Below are positions 1-8,991 of a stretch of DNA of 24,000 nt, in pieces. Source of the stretch: Bacteroidales bacterium. GTDB lineage: Bacteria > Bacteroidota > Bacteroidia > Bacteroidales > JAADJA01. The stretch is taken from positions 4,718 to 28,717 of the forward strand of contig JAOZLR010000001.1 in assembly GCA_029934735.1 (NCBI GenBank), read 5' to 3'. The notes under the pieces were generated by a model. That model saw nothing but the letters and a program-made list of their open reading frames with translations. It had not been told where the DNA came from and did not search any database. The position numbers and the translations under genes are program-made. Numbering within the stretch: position 1 is the first letter of the stretch; every line of letters begins with the position of its first letter.

Positions 1-1334
1 ATACTGCTTACAATATATTTATTGTGCAATTGAAAAACGGTGTCAGTGCCCGTTTCTGCTTCCACTCCCTGAGATGTAAAAATGAGTTTTGCATCATCTT
101 CCTGAGGCAATTCAGTCTCCTGCCTGTTTTGTGTGAATTCTTCATCGCCATATAGCTTTTGCCAGTTGCGTGTATCAGGTTTTTGGTGGTGCTGAAACGA
201 TGGTTTTTCTCCATGCTGAGTTTCAACATCAAAGGGATTGTAATTTTCGTCAACCTTAACTGTTGGCTGATTTACCTCTACGCTCCTTGGAAGAGGTGTT
301 ATATCAATACCTTTCTCTATGTCAAAGTCAATGGAAGGGGTAAGGTTAAATTTACCAAGTGCCTGTTTGACAGCTGAGCTCAGCATTGCATATATCACCT
401 GATTATTCTCAAAATTAACCTCCGTTTTAGTCGGATGGATATTTATGTCAATCTCGTTGGGATTTATATCAAAATAGATGAAGTAGCTGGGAAATGTATC
501 CGATGGGATAAGCTCTCTAAAAGCGTTGTCAATAGCATGATTGAGGTATGGATGTCTTATATATCTGCCATTCACAAAGAAATACTGCTCGCCTCTTGTC
601 TTTTTTGCAAACTCCGGTTTCACGATGAATCCTGTAATGTTAACCAGATCGGTTTTTTGCACAACAGGAATTAGCCTGTTATTATAAGCAGCACCAAAAA
701 GTGATGCAATCCTTTGCTTTAAAACCGACTTTGATAATTGAAAAAGCTCTCTGTTCTCATTAAAAAAAGTAAATTTTATCTCGGGATAGACAAGTGCCAC
801 CCTTTGAAACTCTTCTATAATATGTCTTAGCTCGGTTGTATTACTTTTTAGGAATTTTCGTCGTGCCGGAATGTTAAAAAAGAGGTTTTTTATTGAAAAG
901 GATGTTCCGTTTGCAGCAGAGCATGGTTCGTGGCTTTTAACTTCCGAACCTTCAATTTTAATGCAGATTCCCACTTCATCCTCAATTCTCTTAGTCTTAA
1001 GCTCTATTTGTGCGATAGCCGCAATTGAGGCAAGTGCTTCCCCGCGAAACCCTAATGTTCTGATAGTAAACAGGTCTTTGGCATCGCTGATCTTTGATGT
1101 GGCGTGCCGCTCAAAGCTCATTCTTGCATCAGTCTCCGACATTCCACACCCGTTGTCAATAACCTGAATAAGTGTCTTGCCAGCATCCTTAATTATAAGT
1201 TTAATATCATCGGCACCTGCATCAATGGCATTTTCGAGTAACTCCTTAGCGGCCGATGCAGGCCTTTGAATTACTTCTCCGGCAGCAATCTGGTTAGCAA
1301 CAGAATCAGGTAAGAGGTGTATTATATCTGACAT
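1..1334 (-). CDS. mutL: DNA mismatch repair protein MutL (5' part; continues past left edge)
   Basis: Reverse-strand translation from ATG at 1334 gives MSDIIQ..., then SVANQIAAGEVIQRPASAAKELLENAIDAGADDI (GHKL ATPase motif I), and near the edge VFQLHNKYIVSS, typical of the MutL C-terminal region. Not in the ORF track because it is open at the edge. Confidence 0.95.
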   Translation of the reverse strand, partial: MSDIIHLLPDSVANQIAAGEVIQRPASAAKELLENAIDAGADDIKLIIKDAGKTLIQVIDNGCGMSETDARMSFERHATSKISDAKDLFTIRTLGFRGEALASIAAIAQIELKTKRIEDEVGICIKIEGSEVKSHEPCSAANGTSFSIKNLFFNIPARRKFLKSNTTELRHIIEEFQRVALVYPEIKFTFFNENRELFQLSKSVLKQRIASLFGAAYNNRLIPVVQKTDLVNITGFIVKPEFAKKTRGEQYFFVNGRYIRHPYLNHAIDNAFRELIPSDTFPSYFIYFDINPNEIDINIHPTKTEVNFENNQVIYAMLSSAVKQALGKFNLTPSIDFDIEKGIDITPLPRSVEVNQPTVKVDENYNPFDVETQHGEKPSFQHHQKPDTRNWQKLYGDEEFTQNRQETELPQEDDAKLIFTSQGVEAETGTDTVFQLHNKYIVSS

Positions 1335-1392
1335 TAATTATAATCGATGTTAAAAATTCGCAATCTATTATTGCCTGTACAAAATCCCAGGC

Positions 1393-1662
1393 TTACTTAA
1401 AAAAGAAATAGTAAAGAAATGCAATGACAATGGCGATATATATTACAACACTGACATTTGCTTTCCTCTGTCGTACAGAAGAGCCTTTTCGCACTCGCTT
1501 CCAGTCTTTTCCAACACGGCTTTTAAAATCAGGCTTTTCCCCATCCTTCGAAATACCAAGCTCTCTTTTTCTTTGTTCCCAATACTCCTTCTCCTCATCG
1601 TAATAACGAGTTTGGAAATTAAACCTCTTGGGTTTAGGAGTTTTGAAAAAGACAATTCTCAT
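1393..1662 (-). CDS. small conserved hypothetical protein with C-terminal TM segment
   Basis: 89-aa ORF upstream of mutL on the same strand; charged body followed by a hydrophobic tail VSVVIYIAIVIAFLYYFFFK. Confidence 0.7.
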   Translation of the reverse strand: MRIVFFKTPKPKRFNFQTRYYDEEKEYWEQRKRELGISKDGEKPDFKSRVGKDWKRVRKGSSVRQRKANVSVVIYIAIVIAFLYYFFFK

Positions 1663-1739
1663 TTCAATTTATTTTTTGCAAAGGTATGGAATTTGATAGA
1701 AGAAATCGCTATTTTTGTGATATTAAAAACGTAGAAGTA

Positions 1740-2123
1740 ATGGATATCTCAAAGGATAATAAACTTAGAAATTTAATTGTTGTTGGCGACAGACTTTTGA
1801 TTAAGCCTGTTTCGCATACTTCAAAGACTAAAAGCGGACTGTATCTGCCACCGGGATATAAGGAGAAAGAGGAGGTGCAGTCAGGATATGTTATAAAAGC
1901 AGGGCCGGGATTTCCAATACCATTGCCAGGTAGCGATGTTGAGGAGCCCTGGAAAAAGCCGGATGAAAACATTAAATATATTCCCTTACAAGCGAAGGAA
2001 GGCGATCTGGCAATTTTTTTACAAAAAGGTGCTGTTGAGATAATGTATGAAGGTGAGAAGTATTTTATTGTCCCTCAACATTCTGTGCTTTTGTTGGAAA
2101 GGGATGAGGATTTGTTTGGATAG
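1740..2123 (+). CDS. GroES-like co-chaperone family protein
   Basis: NLIVVGDRLLIKPVSHTSKTKSGLYLPPGYKEKEEVQSGYVIKAGPG resembles the Cpn10/GroES fold. The track ORF begins at 1686; MDISKDNK at 1740 is a plausible start. No groEL is adjacent. Confidence 0.75.
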   Translation: MDISKDNKLRNLIVVGDRLLIKPVSHTSKTKSGLYLPPGYKEKEEVQSGYVIKAGPGFPIPLPGSDVEEPWKKPDENIKYIPLQAKEGDLAIFLQKGAVEIMYEGEKYFIVPQHSVLLLERDEDLFG

Positions 2124-2191
2124 TTTGCAGGATATGTGACAGAAGAAATAACAAAAAAAAAGAAATGTTGGAATGTTGCCCTATTGGAACC

Positions 2192-2240
2192 ATCTGGCGC
2201 AAGTCTTATATGCTGGCCTTGTGGGTTGTTGACTTGTGGC
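2192..2240 (+). repeat. REP-like imperfect hairpin, copy B (3' side of the RAYT gene)
   Basis: CTGGCGCAAGTCT at 2194-2206 pairs with GACTTGTGGC at 2231-2240. The same core and spacing occur, inverted, at 2840-2903. Confidence 0.6.
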
Positions 2241-2246
2241 ATTACT

Positions 2247-2798
2247 TTATTCAATAATCTCAATCTCAATTAACCCCTTTATCCCTACATAATCCCTTGC
2301 ACTGCTATAGACATAATCTTCTGGTTTTTCAACAAAGCCTGATTTTACAGGGTTGTTGTGTATATAATTTAATTTTTGTTCAATCATTTCATTATTGTAT
2401 AATTCTATCGGATGATTGTCCTGTTGCCAAAATTGATTTGATGTATTATTGGCGTTTTGTTTACCTTCCTCAGCAAAAGCCTGTAATAGCCACTTTTTTC
2501 TGCTTTCTGTGGGGTTGTTTTTAATCGCTTTGATAATTTCAACTGAGGTGAACTTTTTCAAATCCCTCATGATGTTTTCAAGATAATAACCTTCGGATGC
2601 AGATACAATCATATGTACATGGTTTGTCATTATAACATATGCTTGTGTCCGTAAACCTTTCTTGTCTCGACAATAAACAAAACTATCCAACAGTATACCC
2701 CTATACAAATTACGGGTAAAAACATCTATCCACCTAATCACAGTGTATGTTATGAAATACATGCCTTCAGGATTTCTAAATTTATATTTGCGGCTCAT
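2247..2798 (-). mobile_element. REP-associated tyrosine transposase (RAYT, Y1_Tnp/IS200-like)
   Basis: YFITYTVIRWIDVFTR, YVIMTNHVHMIVSA (HUH-type NHVH motif) and YIHNNPVKSGFVEKPEDYVYSSARDY are typical of this family. Confidence 0.9.
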
Positions 2799-2839
2799 CG
2801 TACAAAGATATAAAGTATAGCTAAAATTTGTCGGTTAAA

Positions 2840-2903
2840 TTAAACCCAGGCACAAGTCCCTGCCTGCAATGCTATCCGCCAGACTTGCGCCAGTTGGGTT
2901 TAA
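2840..2903 (-). repeat. REP-like imperfect palindrome, copy A (5' side of the RAYT gene)
   Basis: TTAAACCCAGGCACAAGTC (2840-2858) is a near inverted repeat of GACTTGCGCCAGTTGGGTTTAA (2882-2903). Confidence 0.7.
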
Positions 2904-3574
2904 ACGTACCTCTCAGGAAGATACCCTCTCTCCTTTAATTCCGATGGCTCATTTATTTCTATGCAGTTTTGATCGGTCAGGAGAATTAATCTGTTGCAAA
3001 GTTTCAGTATATTACGATAGTCATGATCAGCTATCATAAAGCATTTTTCATCTTTTTTACTTTCAATGAGCTGGATAATTCGCTCTTTTAGCAACGGTTC
3101 TATCCCTGAGAATGGTTCGTCAAGAAGGATAATTCCGGCGGGATGGTTTACAATAAGCAGTATCTCGAAATAACGCGACTCCCCTGAAGATAGTTCCATT
3201 GGCTTTTTTGTGAGATACTTATTGATTAAAGTGTCCTGCCTAATCTCCTCTTTTATCCTCTGATCTTTGATAAACAGGTCAATGATCTTATTTAATGAAA
3301 TATTTGCAGGCAGGAAGCTGTTCTCTGGAAGATATGCAACGAGGTTTCCTTTTTGAAATGGTTTGTCAATAATTTCGTTGTTAATTCGCAGATGCTTGAA
3401 TTGAGGTGTAACTGTCCCGAAAATAATTTTCAACAATGTACTTTTTCCACTTCCGTTTCTTCCGAGTACACCTGTAATATCTCCAATCTTACAATTAAAA
3501 TACACATTCGACAGGATTCTCCGGTTGCCGTATGAGTGTGTCAGACTATCTATTTCGAGTGCACTATATGGCAT
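2900..3574 (-). CDS. ABC transporter ATP-binding protein
   Basis: Walker A GRNGSGKST, signature ELSSGESRYFEI, Walker B IILLDEPFSG. Confidence 0.92.
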   Translation of the reverse strand: MPYSALEIDSLTHSYGNRRILSNVYFNCKIGDITGVLGRNGSGKSTLLKIIFGTVTPQFKHLRINNEIIDKPFQKGNLVAYLPENSFLPANISLNKIIDLFIKDQRIKEEIRQDTLINKYLTKKPMELSSGESRYFEILLIVNHPAGIILLDEPFSGIEPLLKERIIQLIESKKDEKCFMIADHDYRNILKLCNRLILLTDQNCIEINEPSELKERGYLPERYV

Positions 3575-3887
3575 TGATAATGATTATTAGAATATAAACA
3601 GCAAGTACAACAGGCAAATTGAACAACCAGGCAGCACTAATAAGCTGGATTTTAGTCAGACCGAGGTTATAGTAAAAATAGAAACGTTTGCGATATTTTA
3701 AAAAGTAAAAATAGATTGCAAATAAAAAACCGCCTGTAAACAAAGAAAAAGAAAAGACCGAGAAAAAACCTGTAAGAGAGCCAGTTGGTGAATTGCCTGC
3801 AAATAATCCAAAAAAACCAATAGTAACTGAAATTATCAGGTTAAATCTGAATATCTCTTTTGAAAAGTTAAGTGCAGGCCTAAACAT
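3564..3887 (-). CDS. small multi-pass membrane protein, possible partner of the ABC ATPase
   Basis: 107 aa with about 3 hydrophobic segments; its 3' end overlaps the ABC ATPase start by 11 bp. Confidence 0.65.
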   Translation of the reverse strand: MFRPALNFSKEIFRFNLIISVTIGFFGLFAGNSPTGSLTGFFSVFSFSLFTGGFLFAIYFYFLKYRKRFYFYYNLGLTKIQLISAAWLFNLPVVLAVYILIIIINAI

Positions 3888-3919
3888 TATATCTTATAAA
3901 TATGGTAAATGGCCATATT

Positions 3920-4453
3920 CTATTTTGTCGGAATTTTTGCAAGAACAGGAAATCTTTGCTGCGCAAGATAGAAAGCTCCAAAGAACAGGGTATTATAAAA
4001 AAGATCACCGAGAACACCATTATTCAGGAATGGCAATCCTGCTGTGTAACTCTCAAGTAGTCCTGCAAAATTCTGAGGATAAAACGGACTTCCAATCCAC
4101 ACTGCAAAGTTTGTAATTACAAAGAACAGAACTGATGAACTTACAGAAGCAAGCAGCAGTGACCCAATCTTAACCCGGTTTTTTAACATCATCCCGAATA
4201 CTACAATAATTGCAAAGCTAAGGTAAACAGCTATCATATATGAATGGAAACCAAGGAGCATATCCGAAATAAACAGGGCTGCCATTGGTATTAAGAAAGC
4301 CAGATATTTCTTGTTAAAATAAGTACCTCCAAAAAGGGCCATTGCAGCTATAGGAGTGAAATTAGGCCAGTGGGGGATAAGCCTGAAAGCAGCACCAGCA
4401 ATAATGACTGTAAGAATAAATAAGAATCTGGGGTTTAATGTCTTGTTGTTCAT
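3920..4453 (-). CDS. integral membrane protein, DUF6580-like
   Basis: 177 aa, multiple TM segments, N-terminal RLIPHWPNFTPIAAMALFGGTYF motif typical of the family. Confidence 0.75.
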   Translation of the reverse strand: MNNKTLNPRFLFILTVIIAGAAFRLIPHWPNFTPIAAMALFGGTYFNKKYLAFLIPMAALFISDMLLGFHSYMIAVYLSFAIIVVFGMMLKNRVKIGSLLLASVSSSVLFFVITNFAVWIGSPFYPQNFAGLLESYTAGLPFLNNGVLGDLFYNTLFFGAFYLAQQRFPVLAKIPTK

Positions 4454-4533
4454 AGTTCAAATGTTTTAGATTTTACGATTACAAAAGTAAATAAATCATG
4501 GATATGAATATTAATAAAACAAAAGTAATTCAA

Positions 4534-5745
4534 TCAATTATCTACAAAGTTCTCATCTCCATATATTGCGAGACCGCCAAGAGCTGTTTCCCTATATAAA
4601 CTCGGGATATCTTTTCCAGTTTCTTTCATTACTTTTGTAACAACATCAAAGCTTATAAAGTGCTTGCCATCAGACAGAATAGAGAACCGTGCTGAATCGA
4701 ATGCTCTTACAGCACCATGTGCATTTCTTTCGATGCAGGGTATCTGGACCAATCCGTTTATTGGGTCGCAGGTTAAGCCGAGATGATGTTCTAACCCCAT
4801 TTCAGCAGCATATTCTATTTGAGAGGGAGAGCCACCGGCCAACTGTGTTGCTGCAGCTGCTGCCATAGCGCAAGCTGTACCAACTTCTCCCTGGCATCCA
4901 ACTTCGGCACCTGAAATTGAAGCATTTTGTTTTACAATATTCCCGATTAACCCTGCGGTTGCCATCGCCCTGATAATTTTATCATCACTAATCTCAAAAT
5001 GCTCCTGGCTTATTTTTAATACAGCAGGTAATATTCCCGACGAACCACAAGTAGGAGCAGTAACTACTTCTCCTCCTGAGGCATTCTCTTCGGATACAGC
5101 AAGTGCGTATGCAAAGATTTTACTGATAGTCCTGGAGTGATCACGCAAACCCTTTGATTTTGAATAATAGGAGGCTGCTTTCCTTTGTAGTTTTAATCCC
5201 CCGGGAATAAGTCCTTCGTTTGTAATTCCATTGGATATAGCCTTCTTCATTACTTCCCAAACTTTATGGAGGTAATCTTTTATTTCATCCCCTTCGGTTT
5301 CAAATACAAGTTCCCAAAATGTTTTACCAGTCTCTTTGTAATAGTTTAAAACATCCTGCATGTTTTTTTGGCTATAAATGTTTGTTGGTTTTGAGTTTTT
5401 GTTTTTATCGTCAACAATTTTTCCGCCTCCAACACTATACACCAACCATTTGTCGGGTTCACTGTTTTTGTCTGCTACTTCAAATTCTAAGGCGTTTGGA
5501 TGAAAATCCTTAGCTTCATCCTTTTTCCAGATAATTTCAACATTTGCAGGTTCTAATTCATTTATTATTGCAATATCAGTCAGATGTCCTTTTCCTGTTA
5601 ATGCTAAGCTGCCATATAAAGTAACTTTAAACGATTTTGCTTTCGGATGTTTGCTTTTATATTGTTGGGCAGCTCTGTCCGGACCCATTGTGTGACTACT
5701 TGAAGGGCCTCTTCCAATTCGAAATAATTCTTTTATTGATTCCAT
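4534..5745 (-). CDS. sdaA: L-serine ammonia-lyase, iron-sulfur-dependent
   Basis: GPSSSHTMGPDRAA, APTCGSSGILPAVL, GCQGEVGTACAMAAAA, EHHLGLTCDPINGLVQIPCIERN. Confidence 0.93.
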   Translation of the reverse strand: MESIKELFRIGRGPSSSHTMGPDRAAQQYKSKHPKAKSFKVTLYGSLALTGKGHLTDIAIINELEPANVEIIWKKDEAKDFHPNALEFEVADKNSEPDKWLVYSVGGGKIVDDKNKNSKPTNIYSQKNMQDVLNYYKETGKTFWELVFETEGDEIKDYLHKVWEVMKKAISNGITNEGLIPGGLKLQRKAASYYSKSKGLRDHSRTISKIFAYALAVSEENASGGEVVTAPTCGSSGILPAVLKISQEHFEISDDKIIRAMATAGLIGNIVKQNASISGAEVGCQGEVGTACAMAAAAATQLAGGSPSQIEYAAEMGLEHHLGLTCDPINGLVQIPCIERNAHGAVRAFDSARFSILSDGKHFISFDVVTKVMKETGKDIPSLYRETALGGLAIYGDENFVDN

Positions 5746-5758
5746 TTTCTATAACTTA

Positions 5759-6847
5759 TTATTTTAGTTTCGGGTGTATTTTTATTATATCCTGTATCAA
5801 ATATTCTATTGGCTCTCTTCTGTTTTTCGAAATTTTTCTATTGTCTGCATTGATTATAATAACCATATCCAGCTCAGGAATAATGTTTATTATCTGTCCA
5901 CCATTTCCAGGAATAAACCAAGCATTAAATCCATACTCTGTTTTTACCATCTGCCACTGGTAACAACTATAAAAAGGATGGTGAATTTCAATATATGGGC
6001 TAAATATTTCTTCTATCCATTTTTCTGATACAATTTCATTTTCGTTCCATTTTCCCTTATTCAAATGTAAAAGTCCATATTTGGCAATGTCTCTTGATTT
6101 TAGTTTTAATCCGCCACCACTATCATAAACTCCATTTTTTTCAAACCAGTCATATTCTTTTATGCCAAGAGGTTTAAAAAGATATTCTTCTGCAAATTCT
6201 GCAATATTTTTACCAGTTGTCTTTTTTATAATTTCGCTTAAAATAATATTGTTAGGTCCACTATACACATATTTTGTTCCGGGAGCTGTATCCATAGGTA
6301 GCATTATTGCTGATTTTAACCAGTCATTTGTTAAATCCATTTGTCTGCCCATATTATTTGGGTCAGTAAGAGGTAAAGATTGCTCATCCCATTGAAAACC
6401 CGAGGTCATCGTCAACAAATCTTTAATGGTTATTTTATTTTTCAGTGTGTCTTTTTTTAGATTTTTATATTCAGGGAAGAAATCTAACATTTTTTGGTCA
6501 ACGCTTTTAATATACCCTTGTTCTATTGCAACACCAATCAATAAGGAATTAAAACTTTTTGTATTAGATGCCAAAAAATGCAGTCTGTCCTTTTTCCATC
6601 CATTGTAATATTGCTCTATCACCAAGTCGTTATTTTCAATCACCAGTAAACTATGTATATTTCCATATTTGCCATTACAAATGTCTTTATTTAATTTGCT
6701 GAATCTGACTGTATCCAACTTGTTCTCTTCAAGTGTAGAAACATTCAGTCCATCATTAATATCATTTGGTTTCTGATAGGAACAATTATCTTTTGTATTG
6801 CAACCTACTAAACCTAAAATAATCAAAATGCTTATAATATTTTTCAT
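5759..6847 (-). CDS. beta-lactamase/class C-like serine hydrolase, lipoprotein
   Basis: Start taken at MKNIISILIILGLVGCN (lipobox LVGC), downstream of the 6943 track start. SXXK-like SNTKSFNS, YSGPNNIILSEIIKK and HPFYSCYQWQ support the family. Confidence 0.85.
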   Translation of the reverse strand: MKNIISILIILGLVGCNTKDNCSYQKPNDINDGLNVSTLEENKLDTVRFSKLNKDICNGKYGNIHSLLVIENNDLVIEQYYNGWKKDRLHFLASNTKSFNSLLIGVAIEQGYIKSVDQKMLDFFPEYKNLKKDTLKNKITIKDLLTMTSGFQWDEQSLPLTDPNNMGRQMDLTNDWLKSAIMLPMDTAPGTKYVYSGPNNIILSEIIKKTTGKNIAEFAEEYLFKPLGIKEYDWFEKNGVYDSGGGLKLKSRDIAKYGLLHLNKGKWNENEIVSEKWIEEIFSPYIEIHHPFYSCYQWQMVKTEYGFNAWFIPGNGGQIINIIPELDMVIIINADNRKISKNRREPIEYLIQDIIKIHPKLK

Positions 6848-6848
6848 A

Positions 6849-7304
6849 TTACTTGCTGTTATTTTTAACTGATACTTGAAGCGAAGAAGATATTTTTTCT
6901 GCTTTATTGAGGATATAATCTTTTTCTCCTGACATAAGTTCAATATTTCTATCAGGTAAAGTCAAAAAGAGTTTGTAAACGTCATTAGTTTCGGTTCTGC
7001 TTATAGAAAGTACGCTCATATTTTGTGTTTCTCTTGTTTTTACTATTTGAAGATTAATTGTTGACTTTATACTCACCCAGTCTCCTTTCTTAATTGCAAA
7101 AAAACCGATATATCTTTTTAACCTTCTATTGTCAGTATCTATTATTATCCCTGATTTAATAAATAGAAATAGCAGTGATAATACGAAAAATAATATCCCG
7201 TTCCAATCTAAAACTATCATTCTCCAAATACCGATAACGAATAACATTATTCCTAAATAAATGAAATTTTGTGGAAGGGTGCCTGTTTTGTAATTCAATA
7301 TCAT
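6849..7304 (-). CDS. hypothetical membrane protein
   Basis: 151-aa ORF with N-terminal hydrophobic segments, ending 1 bp before the lipoprotein start, consistent with co-transcription. Confidence 0.6.
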   Translation of the reverse strand: MILNYKTGTLPQNFIYLGIMLFVIGIWRMIVLDWNGILFFVLSLLFLFIKSGIIIDTDNRRLKRYIGFFAIKKGDWVSIKSTINLQIVKTRETQNMSVLSISRTETNDVYKLFLTLPDRNIELMSGEKDYILNKAEKISSSLQVSVKNNSK

Positions 7305-7485
7305 TATTCAAAAAATTTTTAAACCAGATTATCTTTTCCAGTTCTTTTTTTATTCACCGTATTATAATTATTGAACAAAAATAAGACTTTTTAAATGATA
7401 ATATGCGAATTTGATAAGCAAATACTATTTAGTACAAATAGTTATTATGTTACTTTTGCAAGACTTTAGAATTACGGAATTTTAG

Positions 7486-8841
7486 ATGAAAGATTTATCG
7501 GTAGGGAAGGAGAGTAGGTTAATATTGCAGTTTGCTACACCAATGCTGCTTGGCAATGTGTTTCAGCAACTATATAATATTGTTGACACCATCATCATTG
7601 GCAGGTTCATTGGTAAAGAGGCTCTTGCCGCTGTGGGCGCATCATTTCCAATACTGTTTGCTGTAATTTCTTTGGTAATAGGATTTGCAACAGGAGCGAC
7701 AATAATTGTTGCGCAATATTTTGGAGCAAAGCAGATGGAAAAGGTGAAACGGACTATTGACACCTTTTATATTGTTATGTTTTTTGCGTCAATAGTTTTC
7801 AGTGCACTTGGTATCTATTTTAGTGATGATATTTTCCGACTTATCCAGCTCCCGGAAGATGTACTACCATACGCCAGTCTCTATCTTAAGATTTATCTTT
7901 CGGGTCTGGTATTTTTTTTTGGATTTAATGGCACCTCTGCAATACTCCGTGGGCTTGGCGATTCAAAAACACCGCTCTATTTTCTGATAATTTCCACTTT
8001 TGCTAATATCTTTTTCGATCTTCTTTTTGTTGTTGTATTCAAATGGGGAATTGCAGGTGTTGCAATTGGGACTATTATGGCTCAGGGCGGAGCATTTATT
8101 ACAGCCATCATCTATCTTAACAAATATCACAAAGTGGTTAAGTTTTCGCTGAAGAATATGGTGTTCGACAGAGATATCTTTAAGAAGAGTGTCAGAATAG
8201 GCCTTCCTTCAGGTTTGCAACAATCCTTTGTAGCGCTTGGTCTTATGGCTTTAATCTGGATTGTCAATCTTTTCGGTACAGATACGATAGCAGCTTATTC
8301 TGTTGCCATGCGTATTGACTCAATTGCTATGATGGCTGCAATGAACTTTGCTTCTGCTCTCGCAACTTTTGTTGGACAAAATCTTGGTGCTAATAAACCT
8401 GAAAGGGTGAGATCAGGTTTGATTGCCACACTTAAAATGACTACAATTATTTCGATCACAATATCTATAATTGCAATTTTATTTTCTAAGCAACTTATGG
8501 GCATATTTACAACCGATGAGAATGTAATAGCCATAGGTGCGAGGTATCTTATCATTGTGAGTTCTTTTTATGTTTTGTTTTCAACACTTTTTGTGATTAG
8601 CAGCGTTATGCGTGGTGCTGGCGATACTTTAGTTCCGATGTTTATAACTTTACTTGCATTATGGGTTGTTCGCATTCCGGCTGCCTATTTCCTGTCGAGG
8701 CATTTCGGGGTTGATGGCATCTGGTGGTCAACACCGATGGGCTGGTTTGTTGGCATGACATTCTCATTTATATATTACAAGACAGGCCGCTGGAAAAGGA
8801 AAGCAGTGGTGAAGTATGATGAAGACAAGCTGGTCTTGTAA
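7486..8841 (+). CDS. MATE family efflux transporter
   Basis: 451 aa, polytopic; QLYNIVDTIIIGRFIGKEALAAVGASFPI and AYSVAMRIDSIAMMAAMNFASALATFVGQNLGANK. Confidence 0.92.
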   Translation: MKDLSVGKESRLILQFATPMLLGNVFQQLYNIVDTIIIGRFIGKEALAAVGASFPILFAVISLVIGFATGATIIVAQYFGAKQMEKVKRTIDTFYIVMFFASIVFSALGIYFSDDIFRLIQLPEDVLPYASLYLKIYLSGLVFFFGFNGTSAILRGLGDSKTPLYFLIISTFANIFFDLLFVVVFKWGIAGVAIGTIMAQGGAFITAIIYLNKYHKVVKFSLKNMVFDRDIFKKSVRIGLPSGLQQSFVALGLMALIWIVNLFGTDTIAAYSVAMRIDSIAMMAAMNFASALATFVGQNLGANKPERVRSGLIATLKMTTIISITISIIAILFSKQLMGIFTTDENVIAIGARYLIIVSSFYVLFSTLFVISSVMRGAGDTLVPMFITLLALWVVRIPAAYFLSRHFGVDGIWWSTPMGWFVGMTFSFIYYKTGRWKRKAVVKYDEDKLVL

Positions 8842-8855
8842 TTATATTCATGTAA

Positions 8856-8956
8856 GAGCATCTACCCCAAATGTAAGAGCGTCCACGCTCGTACTCAAAT
8901 GATAGAGCGTCCACGCTCGGATTCATGCAACCCCAAATGTAAGAGCGTCCACGCTC
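8856..8956. repeat. Cluster of GAGCGTCCACGCTC hairpin repeats (three exact copies plus one decayed copy)
   Basis: Exact copies at 8877-8890, 8905-8918 and 8943-8956; decayed GAGCATCTAC at 8856-8865. A 27-nt exact direct repeat CCCCAAATGTAAGAGCGTCCACGCTCG occurs at 8865-8891 and 8931-8957. Confidence 0.9.
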
Positions 8957-8991
8957 GGACTTATACAACTATTAAACCTTACAGATAACCA

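Noticed and set aside
871-1167. 98-aa plus-strand ORF
   Set aside because: Antisense to well-supported mutL coding sequence; no recognisable domain.
2297-2524. 75-aa plus-strand ORF
   Set aside because: Antisense to the RAYT transposase.
6848-6943. N-terminal extension of the serine hydrolase ORF
   Set aside because: The extension precedes a clear lipoprotein signal peptide (MKNIISILIILGLVGCN) and overlaps the upstream 151-aa gene; the start at 6847 is more credible.
8856-8957. Possible CRISPR array from repeated GTAAGAGCGTCCACGCTCG units
   Set aside because: Spacing is irregular and very short, the intervening text is itself partly repeated, and no cas genes are in the window. Fits REP-like hairpins better.
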